IMG/VR virus record: IMGVR_UViG_3300029702_000002 | Strand: one strand, 5' to 3' | Origin: a virus | Lineage: Duplodnaviria > Heunggongvirae > Uroviricota > Caudoviricetes | DNA length: 64,000 nt | Shown: positions 39,601 through 48,630 of the stretch, piece by piece | Layout of the letters: each line of letters begins with the position of its first letter | How positions within the stretch are numbered: the first letter of the stretch is position 1 | The notes under the pieces: model-generated | Told to the model about the DNA's origin: nothing | Database searches by the model: none | What the model saw: the letters and a program-made list of their open reading frames with translations, nothing else | Program-made: the position numbers and the translations under genes

Positions 39601-40142
39601 GGATAAACCACACTATAGAAGTTGTCTTTTCCACCCGCTGTAATCAGTGTGCTTATGATTTTTGCAAAATCGTTGCGTTGGAACACGCTACCGATGTCGG
39701 AAGTAAGCAGGATGATGTTGCCTTTGGCATATGTAGAAACCAACTGTTCGAGCGAGAGACGCGGTACAAAGTAGAACTGTTCTCGTGTGTTGGCCGCCGT
39801 CATTAGTTCGCAGATGTCGCGATATCCTTGCTCATTTTTAATTAGAGCGGTAAACGAGTAGTTACGTCCCCGCTCTAATGATTCCATACATCTCATAGAT
39901 TCTTTAGCAAGTTTAGCCCGGTGCTCGTATGTGGGATCATCAACAATGTTTAGTTTCACACCACAAATAACCGCCATGTCGTCACCAGCGGCACGTTGTA
40001 GTGGAATAACGCTCGCAATATTCATGCTATCTGCTGAAATTACAGCGGTGTAGCCAGCTTCTCTGGCAATCTTCACCGCGTTTTCTGCTTTTAGAGCCGA
40101 CTCCCCAAGTGAGAAGTCAGTTCGAACCATCAGTGCCTTCAT
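36624..40142 (-). CDS. dnaE: DNA polymerase III alpha-like replicative polymerase
   Basis: 1172 aa; degenerate N-terminal PHP region, C-family polymerase core motifs. Confidence 0.85.
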   Translation of the reverse strand: MKALMVRTDFSLGESALKAENAVKIAREAGYTAVISADSMNIASVIPLQRAAGDDMAVICGVKLNIVDDPTYEHRAKLAKESMRCMESLERGRNYSFTALIKNEQGYRDICELMTAANTREQFYFVPRLSLEQLVSTYAKGNIILLTSDIGSVFQRNDFAKIISTLITAGGKDNFYSVVYPHPTPFYDQINVRAMKVASALKIEPVAFYPAYYESIDDADIKDIAHMVTNNIKIDQPHRLRIPHQRDNAVNGRRHLLEALKAFSVRMDVPVTAAMASTTQDTIIDACTWRWHELPPALPKMADDEPATLMKLAVAGLRKRLTTKEFGYTPPASENRVYVERLKYEMDTLTRLGFCGYFLMVRDLMNHSRETGIPVGPGRGSSAGSLVAWCIGITNVDPIRHGLLFERFINPERLDLPDADLDFSQARRHEVIEYLNERYGEDYVAGIPNFTYLGAASALRDTARIYGVESADMAVSKELKNVEDDSLPLEELREQLASLDKYATKYPDAFNAACKLQSLMRGFGRHAAGMIVAGVPLTERTPVERRGDARCIAFDKRYCEAMGLIKLDVLGLATLDLLDSAKRYIKENTGEDINLDAISLEDRKVLDGFAAGYTQGVFQLESGPMRKLLKDLGGGIEPMSFKTVVATTALFRPGPIQSGMLDDYVSVAKGFMTPESLHPVLDELTAETNGVILYQEQTMNATRLLAGFTMAEADAVRSAIGKKNMEKMKSMGEKFIVQAQAGWIDVELEDGTTQRIHRAEHFKCEDGTLKTVEEALEHGAKLPINAVRVTASHPGLSEMKAKEIWTAFEKNGAYQFNKSHSVAYSLISYQSMWLKTHYPAEFFAAALTILGEDKHQGLVKDALTYGIRVLPPDVNVSSNRIEIRTLEDGSQVLYAPFSAVKGCSENGCQAIMRAREKVGGKFESLAQFEEAVEKRACNSRVRESLQKVGAFASIEPGSLPATDPERLRDQAELMGNLVIDAVKASRPFEMNPKRSAEINALMTRMAAEMGLGDELIRPSIGIKPKIMIILDNANGNDARTGYFMENGYDDFKAKLLTAGDLRMGDLYVTGVCKKVKDKEKDYTKDEIGQFTDFIREEINLVHPTYVLTCGSRATSLFNNKSKPSDLVGRKEYLPELDVTVFYGFNPNILYFRPEEGEKLEAILAEVAETISK

Positions 40143-40320
40143 GTGTTTTTACCTTTCTGGTTTTTTTGATTTTGTCATTGGGGAAGCCTACGAACTTCCC
40201 ATGCATCGAAATCGCAACTTCTTTTGCTGATTGGTGACAATCGGGCTTGTCTGGACACACCAGACAAGCCTTACCAGTTTCAGAAGCAGCGATAAGAGAG
40301 CCGAAACATCCTTTACGCAC
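40117..40320 (-). CDS. small Cys-containing protein (67 aa)
   Basis: ORF track; CLVCPDKPDCH cluster. Confidence 0.35.
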   Translation of the reverse strand: MRKGCFGSLIAASETGKACLVCPDKPDCHQSAKEVAISMHGKFVGFPNDKIKKTRKVKTHEGTDGSN

Positions 40321-40322
40321 GA

Positions 40323-41558
40323 TTAACCAAATATTTTTTGAACAACTTCACGAGCCGCTTGTGCAGAAGCTGAAGGGAGTTTGTTAATGAAAGAACGCTC
40401 AATACCTGTCACAAAGTCGCCTCGCATCATTCCAATCTTGGCCGACAACAAAAGTTCACGAGGGCCAATTGGCTGACTGATAAGGTGTTCTTCGTATCCA
40501 TCGCGAACGATACCGGCAAACTTAACCATCTTTTCTGCGTATTCATCCACGATACCGGCATTTATCAACATGTTGATCTCTGCCTCTTTGCTCATGTATT
40601 TCACATTCGAAACGATGCCAAAACGCGAAAAGTTCGCGGCGTTCTGGATGTTTGTACCCTGGTACAAGCCGGTTTCATCACCAGATCCGTTCGTGTTGCC
40701 AGTGCCAATGAAAGCAAACCGTTCATGCGGAGTAATGCGACGCCATTCTGGAGTCGCCTCTTTGATGACCAACGCTTCACCTTCCAGCACTGGCTGATAC
40801 ACGCCAAGAATCTGTGGAAACGCAAAGTCGTATTCATCCGCGAGGTAAACCCAGCCATGCTTCATTGCGAGCGCAAGCAAGCCAGGCTCGAAATACGTAG
40901 AGCCATCACGCGCCAGAATTTGTCCCGTAACATGAGCCTCTTCCATTGATGCTGTATGTTGGGCACGGATTAACGGACGATTGAGCAAAGCACATAGTTG
41001 TGTAGGCAATGAAGATTTGCCTGTTCCTGCATGACCCCACAAATAGCCAGGTATGCCAAGTTCAAGCATCATGAAAATGTCTTTGATCAGTTCGAAGTCG
41101 CCATATACGTATCCCTTCTTCACTTCTGGAACGAACTCTGGAAACGGCGTATTGACGTTGACGCTAACCATGAGCGGCGTCCCACGTTTTGTTCCGAGTT
41201 CTTTCACCGTTACATTTAGCAGTTCGTGAGCTGCGACCAGATCTGTCTTGTACTCAACTGTGCCTGTGTAGCCTGGGCTACTGGTCACGCCAGATGATTT
41301 GGCCATTTCGCTTTTTTGCTCGGCACGTTTAGCTTGAATTGCATCAAGTGCCTTTTTCGATAGCGTTGGCTCATCTGGAAACTGTGTTGTGTACATTTTC
41401 AGTACGGTGTCAGGATCGGCATCTTTTACTGACTCAGGAATGCCCTCGCAATTACCATTGGCTACATGGGACTTAAAATAGTGAAATGATTTTCCGCACC
41501 ACTTGCAAACAAGGTAATCAGAAGGATTTTTTTCATTTTGCAGTGCAGTAGTAGTCAT
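40323..41558 (-). CDS. MoxR/CobS-like AAA+ ATPase
   Basis: Walker A GHAGTGKS, Walker B YLADEYD; N-terminal Cys cluster CKWCG...C. Confidence 0.75.
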   Translation of the reverse strand: MTTTALQNEKNPSDYLVCKWCGKSFHYFKSHVANGNCEGIPESVKDADPDTVLKMYTTQFPDEPTLSKKALDAIQAKRAEQKSEMAKSSGVTSSPGYTGTVEYKTDLVAAHELLNVTVKELGTKRGTPLMVSVNVNTPFPEFVPEVKKGYVYGDFELIKDIFMMLELGIPGYLWGHAGTGKSSLPTQLCALLNRPLIRAQHTASMEEAHVTGQILARDGSTYFEPGLLALAMKHGWVYLADEYDFAFPQILGVYQPVLEGEALVIKEATPEWRRITPHERFAFIGTGNTNGSGDETGLYQGTNIQNAANFSRFGIVSNVKYMSKEAEINMLINAGIVDEYAEKMVKFAGIVRDGYEEHLISQPIGPRELLLSAKIGMMRGDFVTGIERSFINKLPSASAQAAREVVQKIFG

Positions 41559-41653
41559 GCGTTTTTCCTTTGTTTTCTAATGAGCGTTCAACTTCTTATA
41601 TAAATATATCATTATCTATCGTAAGTGGTTACTTATCGTTAAGGCTGTTTTGT

Positions 41654-43762
41654 TCACTTTAAAATGATACGAGATAGTTCAGTAACTACAGATGAACCAA
41701 GACTATCAACGCTCGTTACCAGGGCATGATTTGAGTAAAATCTCTCCGGTGCGTCAGTCATGATGCCAATTGCCATCAAATCAATATCAGTCTGCGTTTC
41801 AATTTGCTTCGCAACTGAACGCAAATGAGCGTCAAAACCTCTCCCAACAGCCCACGGCGCGCCATCACTCAGAACAAGCATGATCTTCCTGTCCTCCATG
41901 CGACCGGAAAATAACGATGCAAGGCTGGCTATGCTTTCACCATCCACGTTATTAAGAAGTGGGAATGTGTAGCCTACGCACCCCATACGTGAGCGAACTT
42001 CGCGAGAATTTACCTTTTCATTCCAATTTTTGATGATAGGTAGCATTAAAGATTCAAAGCGAGAGAACTCATACTTGACAGCCTTAAGTTCTCCTGCCGC
42101 CATATGACTACCAAATGTAGTGAAGCCGGTGATAATGTTGGGAACATTTATTCGATCAAGTGCATCGGCGATGGTATATGCACTTGCAAGAGCTAGTTTT
42201 ATCGTTTCGCCACTCATTGAACCCGATAAATCAATCACTTGTTGAACACAGGCGTTAACGGCTTTAGATTCTTCTTTTTTACGAAACACGCGATCATCAT
42301 TCATTGTTAATCTGTAGATACTTGAACCATGAATGCGCCCCCGACGCTGGCCAGGTATAAACTGAACTCTGTTTCTGCTTGCTATTGCACGTTCCAGGTC
42401 TTTTGCCAGCGTCGACGAAACACCTGACGAAAGGTGCTTTTCAATATATTTGTCGAAGAGTTGGTTGCCTTCAGGAACGATGCGATAACGGCTGATTGGA
42501 TATCCACCTAAATCAATATCGGAGAATGTTTTAATAAGCCGTTTGATATGGGCTTCTGCCTGATCAATCGAGCCGATGAAGTCGTATGAGCGATTGTATG
42601 GCCTGTATTCGCTTTTCGAGCTTTCTGTTAACTCGCTTTTAATCGTTTCGGATAGCGCATCTTCTGTCATGCCTCCGACTTCATCTTCCATGCTATCCAA
42701 CTCCTCTAAAGCCTCTTCCAGACTCATTTTTGACGGAGTTGGAATGTCTGAAGAGCCGTCTTCTGTCGATTTTCTTTTTTCGTGGTCAGTGGTAAATGAT
42801 TCTGACGCCGCGTTATCAGAAGCACCAGAATCTGATACCTCTTTATCATTTTCTGTATCATCGAATATTGTTTCTGATGATTCAGAATTATCTGAATCAT
42901 CACTGTCGTTATTATCATGTTTGTGCTTACTGTGTGATTCTGATATGATAGATTTGTGATTATCTAACGCTGAGGGTGTCTCATGATCTTCGTTGTCTTC
43001 ATTGTTTTCTCCAGAGGCATCCGTCTGGTCAGCGTCTGAAGGATCGGAAGTTTTTCCCGGAGCTGACTCCTTACCTTTGCTTTCACTTTCAGTGTCTTTG
43101 AGGATCTTAGCTATGGTCGCAGCCACCTTTACACAATCCTCGGTGCAAGACATGTTACGCACGGCCACATCGATACCATGTTCTTTTAATAATGAAATTG
43201 GTTTCTCAATGACATGCCAATATTCATCCATGAAATCTACGAACGGTGCTTGGCCATCCCAGGCTCTTACAACCGGACAGAGAAAGAAGTTTAGAAAAAG
43301 CGCGCGCTGATCTTTGCCACAATAAGCAATAGCCTCTGAAGCCTTTGGTTTAAAGACTTTTTCGATTATAAGGCGCTGAGTTGCCATCAGATTACGTCTT
43401 GTTCCGTTAAAGACCTGACCCATTTTTCGCTCGATGAACACGTCTTCTAAGGCATTCCATAGCGACCAGGAAGGAACGCGTCCTTTTTCTCTCATTTTGT
43501 TGGACACACGAATATCGGTAAACAAAATGTGAGCAACCTCATGATCGAGAAATCCGCGCACAGCATTCATCAATGCCGGTGTTGCGTTATCCGGGATTGA
43601 TGGGATGTTTACGAGAATTGGCTCTCCATCATCGTTATAGCGTACATAAGCGTCGTCCCCTCGTTCTGCAACAGGGATGTTTTTACCTGAAAGGAGAGCG
43701 ACTACTCGTTTTACACTGTCACGGAAGTCCTGAACCTCTTTGATGGAACGTTTTTTAGACAT
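41654..43762 (-). CDS. CobT-like protein with acidic disordered region and C-terminal VWA domain
   Basis: MIDAS-like DLSGSMSG motif; long Asp/Glu/Ser-rich central region. Confidence 0.75.
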   Translation of the reverse strand: MSKKRSIKEVQDFRDSVKRVVALLSGKNIPVAERGDDAYVRYNDDGEPILVNIPSIPDNATPALMNAVRGFLDHEVAHILFTDIRVSNKMREKGRVPSWSLWNALEDVFIERKMGQVFNGTRRNLMATQRLIIEKVFKPKASEAIAYCGKDQRALFLNFFLCPVVRAWDGQAPFVDFMDEYWHVIEKPISLLKEHGIDVAVRNMSCTEDCVKVAATIAKILKDTESESKGKESAPGKTSDPSDADQTDASGENNEDNEDHETPSALDNHKSIISESHSKHKHDNNDSDDSDNSESSETIFDDTENDKEVSDSGASDNAASESFTTDHEKRKSTEDGSSDIPTPSKMSLEEALEELDSMEDEVGGMTEDALSETIKSELTESSKSEYRPYNRSYDFIGSIDQAEAHIKRLIKTFSDIDLGGYPISRYRIVPEGNQLFDKYIEKHLSSGVSSTLAKDLERAIASRNRVQFIPGQRRGRIHGSSIYRLTMNDDRVFRKKEESKAVNACVQQVIDLSGSMSGETIKLALASAYTIADALDRINVPNIITGFTTFGSHMAAGELKAVKYEFSRFESLMLPIIKNWNEKVNSREVRSRMGCVGYTFPLLNNVDGESIASLASLFSGRMEDRKIMLVLSDGAPWAVGRGFDAHLRSVAKQIETQTDIDLMAIGIMTDAPERFYSNHALVTSVDSLGSSVVTELSRIILK

Positions 43763-43860
43763 GGCTAATCCTTTGTTATGAAAACAAATTATTTACTAGT
43801 GTGTTTAATGTAGCACTGCGCGAACAGGGAACTAAGCCATTCGCGCAGGGAGAAGAGGGG

Positions 43861-44073
43861 TTAACAGATTCTGACGGCTAAAGACCCGGAGCCGGTATTG
43901 AGAAGCGTGAAGCGTTTGTTGTTAAGTTCGAATATAAAGCCAGTTGTGTCATTCACACCAACCTGAATCTGCTCATTCGGTAGATCGGTGAGGATGTCAG
44001 CTACACACTCATCAGCTAATTTCTGTACGTGTCCGATCTCAAGAGCGATTAGGCTGGAAATAGTGGTGTTCAT
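43861..44073 (-). CDS. hypothetical protein (70 aa)
   Basis: ORF track; divergent from HTH gene. Confidence 0.4.
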   Translation of the reverse strand: MNTTISSLIALEIGHVQKLADECVADILTDLPNEQIQVGVNDTTGFIFELNNKRFTLLNTGSGSLAVRIC

Positions 44074-44250
44074 TCAATCAATCCATTCTAACTTATACTA
44101 TGGTAAGGAATACTACTAAAATTTATATCAATACTGAATACATTCATATCATATGCAAGTTGATTTTCTTACCTGTTTTGGGCTAATTTTTCTCCGTGCA
44201 ATGGCCTTTAACCGGTCTTTTAAGTGCCTATCGAAAAAAATGATAATAGC

Positions 44251-44278
44251 TTTACAACCCTAACCTTTGATGTAATAT
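44251..44278 (+). promoter_or_regulatory. putative sigma70-type promoter for the HTH regulator gene
   Basis: TTTACA (44251-44256), 16-bp spacer, TAATAT (44273-44278); flanked by TTACAACC/GGTTGTAA inverted repeat. Confidence 0.4.
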
Positions 44279-44324
44279 CGGTAAGCACTTACCAGAGAGA
44301 ATTGAACGCGCAAAGGTTGTAACC

Positions 44325-44711
44325 ATGTCTGATAACAAGATTGAATTTATAGAAAGTCGCTACGCTGCTTTTATCGCAGGGTTGATTGAATCCTCACCTA
44401 TGAGCCAGGCCCAGATAGCCAAAACAATTGGGTATAAAAACGCCAACAACCTTTCTTTAATTAAAAGCGGCAAAATTCCTTTGCCTATCGATAAGGTTCG
44501 TCCGCTGGCGCTGGCACTGGGCATTGAGCCAAGTCGTCTTATGATGATGGTGCTGGAAGAACGCCAACCCGAACTCGCAGCATTTTTATACAAAGAAGGC
44601 ACTGCTCCTCTTAACGAGGACGAAAAACAGGTTCTTGCTGCATATAACGAGCGATTCGGTAAAGAGAAAGGCGCATCACAAAAGGTTGTTGAGGCCATAA
44701 AGTCTCTATGA
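44325..44711 (+). CDS. helix-turn-helix transcriptional regulator
   Basis: MSQAQIAKTIGYKNANNLSLIKSGK HTH-like segment; 128 aa. Confidence 0.6.
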   Translation: MSDNKIEFIESRYAAFIAGLIESSPMSQAQIAKTIGYKNANNLSLIKSGKIPLPIDKVRPLALALGIEPSRLMMMVLEERQPELAAFLYKEGTAPLNEDEKQVLAAYNERFGKEKGASQKVVEAIKSL

Positions 44712-45809
44712 AAAATTTACACGAATAAGCTCTGTTGATAGACGATCTCCCTTAAATTTGTGGTCAATTTCGTCTAAATCCGGTTGCTCTACGATTGATG
44801 CGATGTACGTCGAGAAACTTTCTAAGGCGTCTCGCATCTCGTCCATATAATCGTGCCGGTCGTAGACCCGATCTATCCCCTCAAGACTGTGGTTCATGAT
44901 TTTACGTGATACCTCCTGGCTTATGCCTAATGCTGGGAAGTAACTACGCGCAGTACGGCGCAAATCTCGGGGTGTAAATGGCTCAAGCTCCATCAGTTCT
45001 GGTCGTTCCAGAATACGACGTAATGCCTGGGCTATTGCCACTTTAGACATAGGAAGGTCTTTCCCGATTTTTTTATTCGAAGGCACGAGCCACTGGCTGT
45101 CTTTACCATATTCGAACAACTCTTCAATACAAGTGCGCATTAATGAGCTTAAAGGCAGAGAATGCTCACGGGCAGATTTGTTCCTCTTGCCTTGATTCCA
45201 AACCCCACGCTTAAGATTGAACTCACTTTTTTTAGCCCGCAGTACTTCGTCAGGTCGTCTTGCGGATACAAGACATAGCCTGGCCGCCCATTTTGTACCA
45301 GCACACACATTGAAGTAGTCCCATATATTCCAGAACACCCATACCTCTGCGTCGGTCAGCTTCCGCTCGCGAGGTGTGGGCTTTGCGCCACCGGCAACTT
45401 TGTTAAGTGACATATCGTTTAACGGTGACACGTCTATCATCCCCTGGAAGGCGCACCAGCTAAGGAACTGCTTCATCAGAGAGAAAACGCGGCGGCCCAT
45501 AACAATTTTGCCATCCAGTATTAGTGGGTTGACCAGTTGGTTCACCATGAACCTATTAATGTCACTTACTTTTACATCGGCAATGTGCGGCAAAACATGT
45601 ATCAAAATACAATGAACAGCGATCTCTGGCCGACGTCTGGTTATCAGCAGAGATAAGCGAGTGAATAACATGAATGCGTCCGAGAATCTCATGTCATTGC
45701 TGACCTGGGAGATCATAACGGCCTGCATTTGAGATGCTCTTTCGAGATACTCTATCGCCTCTTTTGAGGTGTTCTCCGCAGCGCGTGCTCTGTCAAAGCT
45801 ATTTTTCAT
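44706..45809 (-). CDS. int: tyrosine recombinase / phage-type integrase
   Basis: C-terminal TPRDLRRTARSY ... NHSL ... VYDRHDY catalytic pattern. Confidence 0.8.
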   Translation of the reverse strand: MKNSFDRARAAENTSKEAIEYLERASQMQAVMISQVSNDMRFSDAFMLFTRLSLLITRRRPEIAVHCILIHVLPHIADVKVSDINRFMVNQLVNPLILDGKIVMGRRVFSLMKQFLSWCAFQGMIDVSPLNDMSLNKVAGGAKPTPRERKLTDAEVWVFWNIWDYFNVCAGTKWAARLCLVSARRPDEVLRAKKSEFNLKRGVWNQGKRNKSAREHSLPLSSLMRTCIEELFEYGKDSQWLVPSNKKIGKDLPMSKVAIAQALRRILERPELMELEPFTPRDLRRTARSYFPALGISQEVSRKIMNHSLEGIDRVYDRHDYMDEMRDALESFSTYIASIVEQPDLDEIDHKFKGDRLSTELIRVNFS

Positions 45810-45907
45810 ATGACAATCACCGAGTTACGCCGATGCACTGTATAAGTAAACAGTATATTAGGCATAGATTCTTATAGGATCAAGAGTAAAAGTAACTCAT
45901 TTTCAGC

Positions 45908-45940
45908 AATGATTCCATACATAGTAGGTATGGAATCATT
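45908..45940. repeat. perfect 13-bp inverted repeat AATGATTCCATAC / GTATGGAATCATT, 7-bp spacer
   Basis: Read directly; half-site recurs at 48975-48990 and 49988-50003. Confidence 0.8.
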
Positions 45941-46059
45941 GTGGGCATTTTTTATAAAATCTGTGATTCTTCTCAGGATAAATTATCTAAACTAAAAATT
46001 GTGTTTTGTGTTGGCATCTGCTTGAATAGACGCATGTTTATTCAGATATGGAATAATCA

Positions 46060-46596
46060 GTGAACAACCAAATTCATTGGGACTACCCATTCTCAGAAGA
46101 ATTCGGCAGTGGGATGGTACACAGACAATTCACTGTGGGAAGCACTATTTATGCCGTTGGGTTTGAACAAATATTGACGATGGATGATTTCACACGTAAG
46201 GGAGTTGATATCCTAAATGTACATCCAACATTCCGGTTTCCTCTGAGTGGTGTATGGGGAGTGATTTTTGACGAAATTGACCCTGTAGAAATGGATTTCA
46301 AAGGATTTCGGCATATCCAACATCAAGGCTTGGCAGGTGGTCAAGTGCTTTTGAATGTTGCAAGTATAATCTTTGACCATTATACTGTTTGTAACGCAGG
46401 AGCTTATGTCTTCTCCGCCGCAGTCGACCATCAGCATTTACGCAGAACTGACTTGGTAGACATTTACTGTAAGATACTGGGTCTAAATGGAAAACGTAAA
46501 AGTAGATTGTTCGCCAATGGTTTTCCTGGATGGGAGGCATACTGTGATGTACCAACAGGAGGAAGAGGCTATGTCGTCACGACTGAAAGTTATTAA
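46060..46596 (+). CDS. hypothetical protein (GTG start, no clear RBS)
   Basis: ORF track only. Confidence 0.3.
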   Translation: MNNQIHWDYPFSEEFGSGMVHRQFTVGSTIYAVGFEQILTMDDFTRKGVDILNVHPTFRFPLSGVWGVIFDEIDPVEMDFKGFRHIQHQGLAGGQVLLNVASIIFDHYTVCNAGAYVFSAAVDHQHLRRTDLVDIYCKILGLNGKRKSRLFANGFPGWEAYCDVPTGGRGYVVTTESY

Positions 46597-46798
46597 TTAT
46601 TACCCCACCTCTGCAGAACGTTTGAGCCTTGAAATGGGCGAAAGACTACAGAAAGCTGCTGGTCAGGATTTAAAGAACAAGTTGGGTTCAGGGGAAATTA
46701 AACTGATTAACGGTAAATATGTAGGTGAAAGCCTGAAAGTTAATAGCACCTCTATGCTAAAAGCGCGGTTGCGTAAAGCGTATATCCCCGCTAAATGA
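46571..46798 (+). CDS. hypothetical small protein (start at internal ATG with GGAGG RBS)
   Basis: ORF 46487..46798 trimmed to ATG at 46571 preceded by GGAGG. Confidence 0.4.
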   Translation: MSSRLKVINYYPTSAERLSLEMGERLQKAAGQDLKNKLGSGEIKLINGKYVGESLKVNSTSMLKARLRKAYIPAK

Positions 46799-46802
46799 AA
46801 AG

Positions 46803-46830
46803 GCCTATATGGGCCTTTTCATTTTTATAG
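46803..46830. terminator. putative bidirectional terminator between convergent genes
   Basis: GAAAAGGCC ... GGCCTTTTC hairpin flanked by A/T runs. Confidence 0.5.
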
Positions 46831-47070
46831 TGTACTCACCAGCGCCGCAAATTCCGTATACCCCCCAATATGCTCTCCATGTATGAATATCTGAGGTATG
46901 GTATCCACTGGTTTACCAACCAGGTTGCTCAACGTTTCTTTGTTGATCCCCGCAGATGTAATATCTATATACTCATAATCACCGTAGCCATGTCCCTTTA
47001 GTTGCTTCGCCAGCTCGACCGCACGTTTGCAGTATGAGCAGTTATCTCGTCCGTAGATAGTGATCGTCAT
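46825..47070 (-). CDS. glutaredoxin / NrdH-like redoxin
   Basis: IYGRDNCSYCKRA CxxC motif; 81 aa. Confidence 0.8.
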   Translation of the reverse strand: MTITIYGRDNCSYCKRAVELAKQLKGHGYGDYEYIDITSAGINKETLSNLVGKPVDTIPQIFIHGEHIGGYTEFAALVSTL

Positions 47071-47243
47071 AACTTAACAAATACCTTTATAAATATTGAT
47101 TCGAACATATCAGACTATACTACAAACAGATTTTTTTGATAAGTATGTAGTAACTTATTGATTGACTAGTAAACAATTGAAGTGATTACGACAATAGATT
47201 ACAGTAAGGATTGCCTTGAAATGTACATTTTATAGAGGTTTTA

Positions 47244-48152
47244 ATGATTGGTAAGTTGTCTGATTCTTTGATTGAAAATAAATACAACGAATTTAGAGAA
47301 GAAATATCTTTACTTTTTGACTATTTAAATCAGATAAATGATACAACAAAGAAAAATATAAAACGTCTTCTTAAAGAAGTGGAGTATGCACAAAATCCAG
47401 ATACTATTATTAATATTAATGAAACTATTAAGATTAAGTGTGGCACAACGTTAGCTCGCCATTTATGTTCAAACCCATATACAGGTTCAACATTAGAGAT
47501 AGGTAACAGCGCCATTGATTTAGAAGAAAAGATAAGATTGTGTAATACTTTGAAAAATAAACAATATCAGTGGGTTATTACTGAAGCCTATGAGTTACTG
47601 GAAGACTATATTGAGGCAATATATGTCTATACTGTATGTGTTCGAAATGATTTATGGTCCTCAAGTGATTTTGGTAAGGTTGAAGATGATGAAATTGGGA
47701 AAAGGGAAGTTTATTACAGATTATTAAAAGCAAAAAGTAACCCATCGAAAAAAATAACTAAAATTTTCAGAAATAAAATACCTGGCTTCAAAGAGATAGA
47801 AACAAACAACAAGATTGGCAAAAACTATCGCTTTAACATCAAGCTAATTGAACTACTAAGACATACAATAGTACACAATAGTGGACGATTCAATGATACA
47901 GAAAAATTTATAAATAAGGTTTTAGATGAATCTGAAATAAACGGTAAGAAAAGAGTTATTGGAGAAAGAGCTGTTAGAAGTTACATTACTAAAGTGCAAG
48001 AAGATGATATTGTGATGCTCTTAGAAAGACCATCTGAAATTTTAGGTTCTTTTGGTGGGTATTTTAACAGAGCAAAATTTTTACTAAGTGATATTTTAGA
48101 ATACTCACTAATCATTAAAGAAGAACTAAAATCATATCTAGGCAATCATTAA
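47244..48152 (+). CDS. HEPN-like (Abi-type) protein, candidate abortive-infection factor
   Basis: R-x4-H motif in LLRHTIVHNSG; AT-rich gene with AGAGG RBS and own terminator. Confidence 0.5.
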   Translation: MIGKLSDSLIENKYNEFREEISLLFDYLNQINDTTKKNIKRLLKEVEYAQNPDTIININETIKIKCGTTLARHLCSNPYTGSTLEIGNSAIDLEEKIRLCNTLKNKQYQWVITEAYELLEDYIEAIYVYTVCVRNDLWSSSDFGKVEDDEIGKREVYYRLLKAKSNPSKKITKIFRNKIPGFKEIETNNKIGKNYRFNIKLIELLRHTIVHNSGRFNDTEKFINKVLDESEINGKKRVIGERAVRSYITKVQEDDIVMLLERPSEILGSFGGYFNRAKFLLSDILEYSLIIKEELKSYLGNH

Positions 48153-48157
48153 CAAAA

Positions 48158-48185
48158 AAGGGGCCGAAGCCCCTTTGGATTTTGC
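48158..48185 (+). terminator. rho-independent terminator
   Basis: AAGGGGC-CGAA-GCCCCTT hairpin followed by TGGATTTT. Confidence 0.65.
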
Positions 48186-48330
48186 GCTTAAAAAAGTGTT
48201 GCTAGGATGTTAGCAAGCTATGGTTAAGAACGTCTGCCGTAATTGTCTATCACAGCGTTGAGCTGTCTGGTTTATGTTAGCGGAGTCTTAATCGAGTTGA
48301 TTAAAAGGCCAAACCGCTCAACGCTGTGTC

Positions 48331-48417
48331 TGGCGGAGAGTAATGGAATCGAACCATCATCGCTTGCGCAATGGGACGGTTTTCAAGACCGCTTGAGCAC
48401 CATGCTCCCTACTCTCC
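48331..48417 (-). tRNA. tRNA-Ser (anticodon UGA), class II with long variable arm
   Basis: Manual fold: acceptor GGAGAGT/ACTCTCC, anticodon loop CUUGAAA, long variable arm, T-loop TTCGATT, encoded CCA. Confidence 0.75.
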
Positions 48418-48630
48418 AATTGTTGTGGTGCCGGGTGCTTCCCGGTGTCCTTTGGCTGGTTATCCACCGTGGACGGAGCCAATAGTCATCACAAAGGATC
48501 AATATAACCATTTCCCCGCGTGCGCTTAGCCGCATTCACCACAACGAAAAGAGCACTGTATGACGTTTGCACGGACTTACGCTTCAAACAGGGCAGTCTC
48601 GGCGGTTCTCAATGCTCTTTCCTGTTGTGT

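Noticed and set aside
44706-45809. Integrase taken as evidence that the window is bacterial chromosome with an integrated prophage boundary
   Set aside because: No host-type housekeeping genes flank it, phage and plasmid modules continue on both sides, and no direct repeat of a tRNA 3' end was found; the recombinase is more likely part of the element itself.
48243-48485. Plus-strand ORF of 80 aa
   Set aside because: Overlaps tRNA-Ser on the opposite strand and the inverted-repeat region; composition not protein-like.
48418-48630. Possible fourth tRNA between tRNA-Ser and tRNA-Thr (begins with TGGTGCCGG like tRNA-Thr)
   Set aside because: No T-loop (TTCGAAT-type) or cloverleaf could be folded by eye; only a short CCGGG/CCCGG hairpin is present. 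May be a degenerate tRNA remnant, but not callable.
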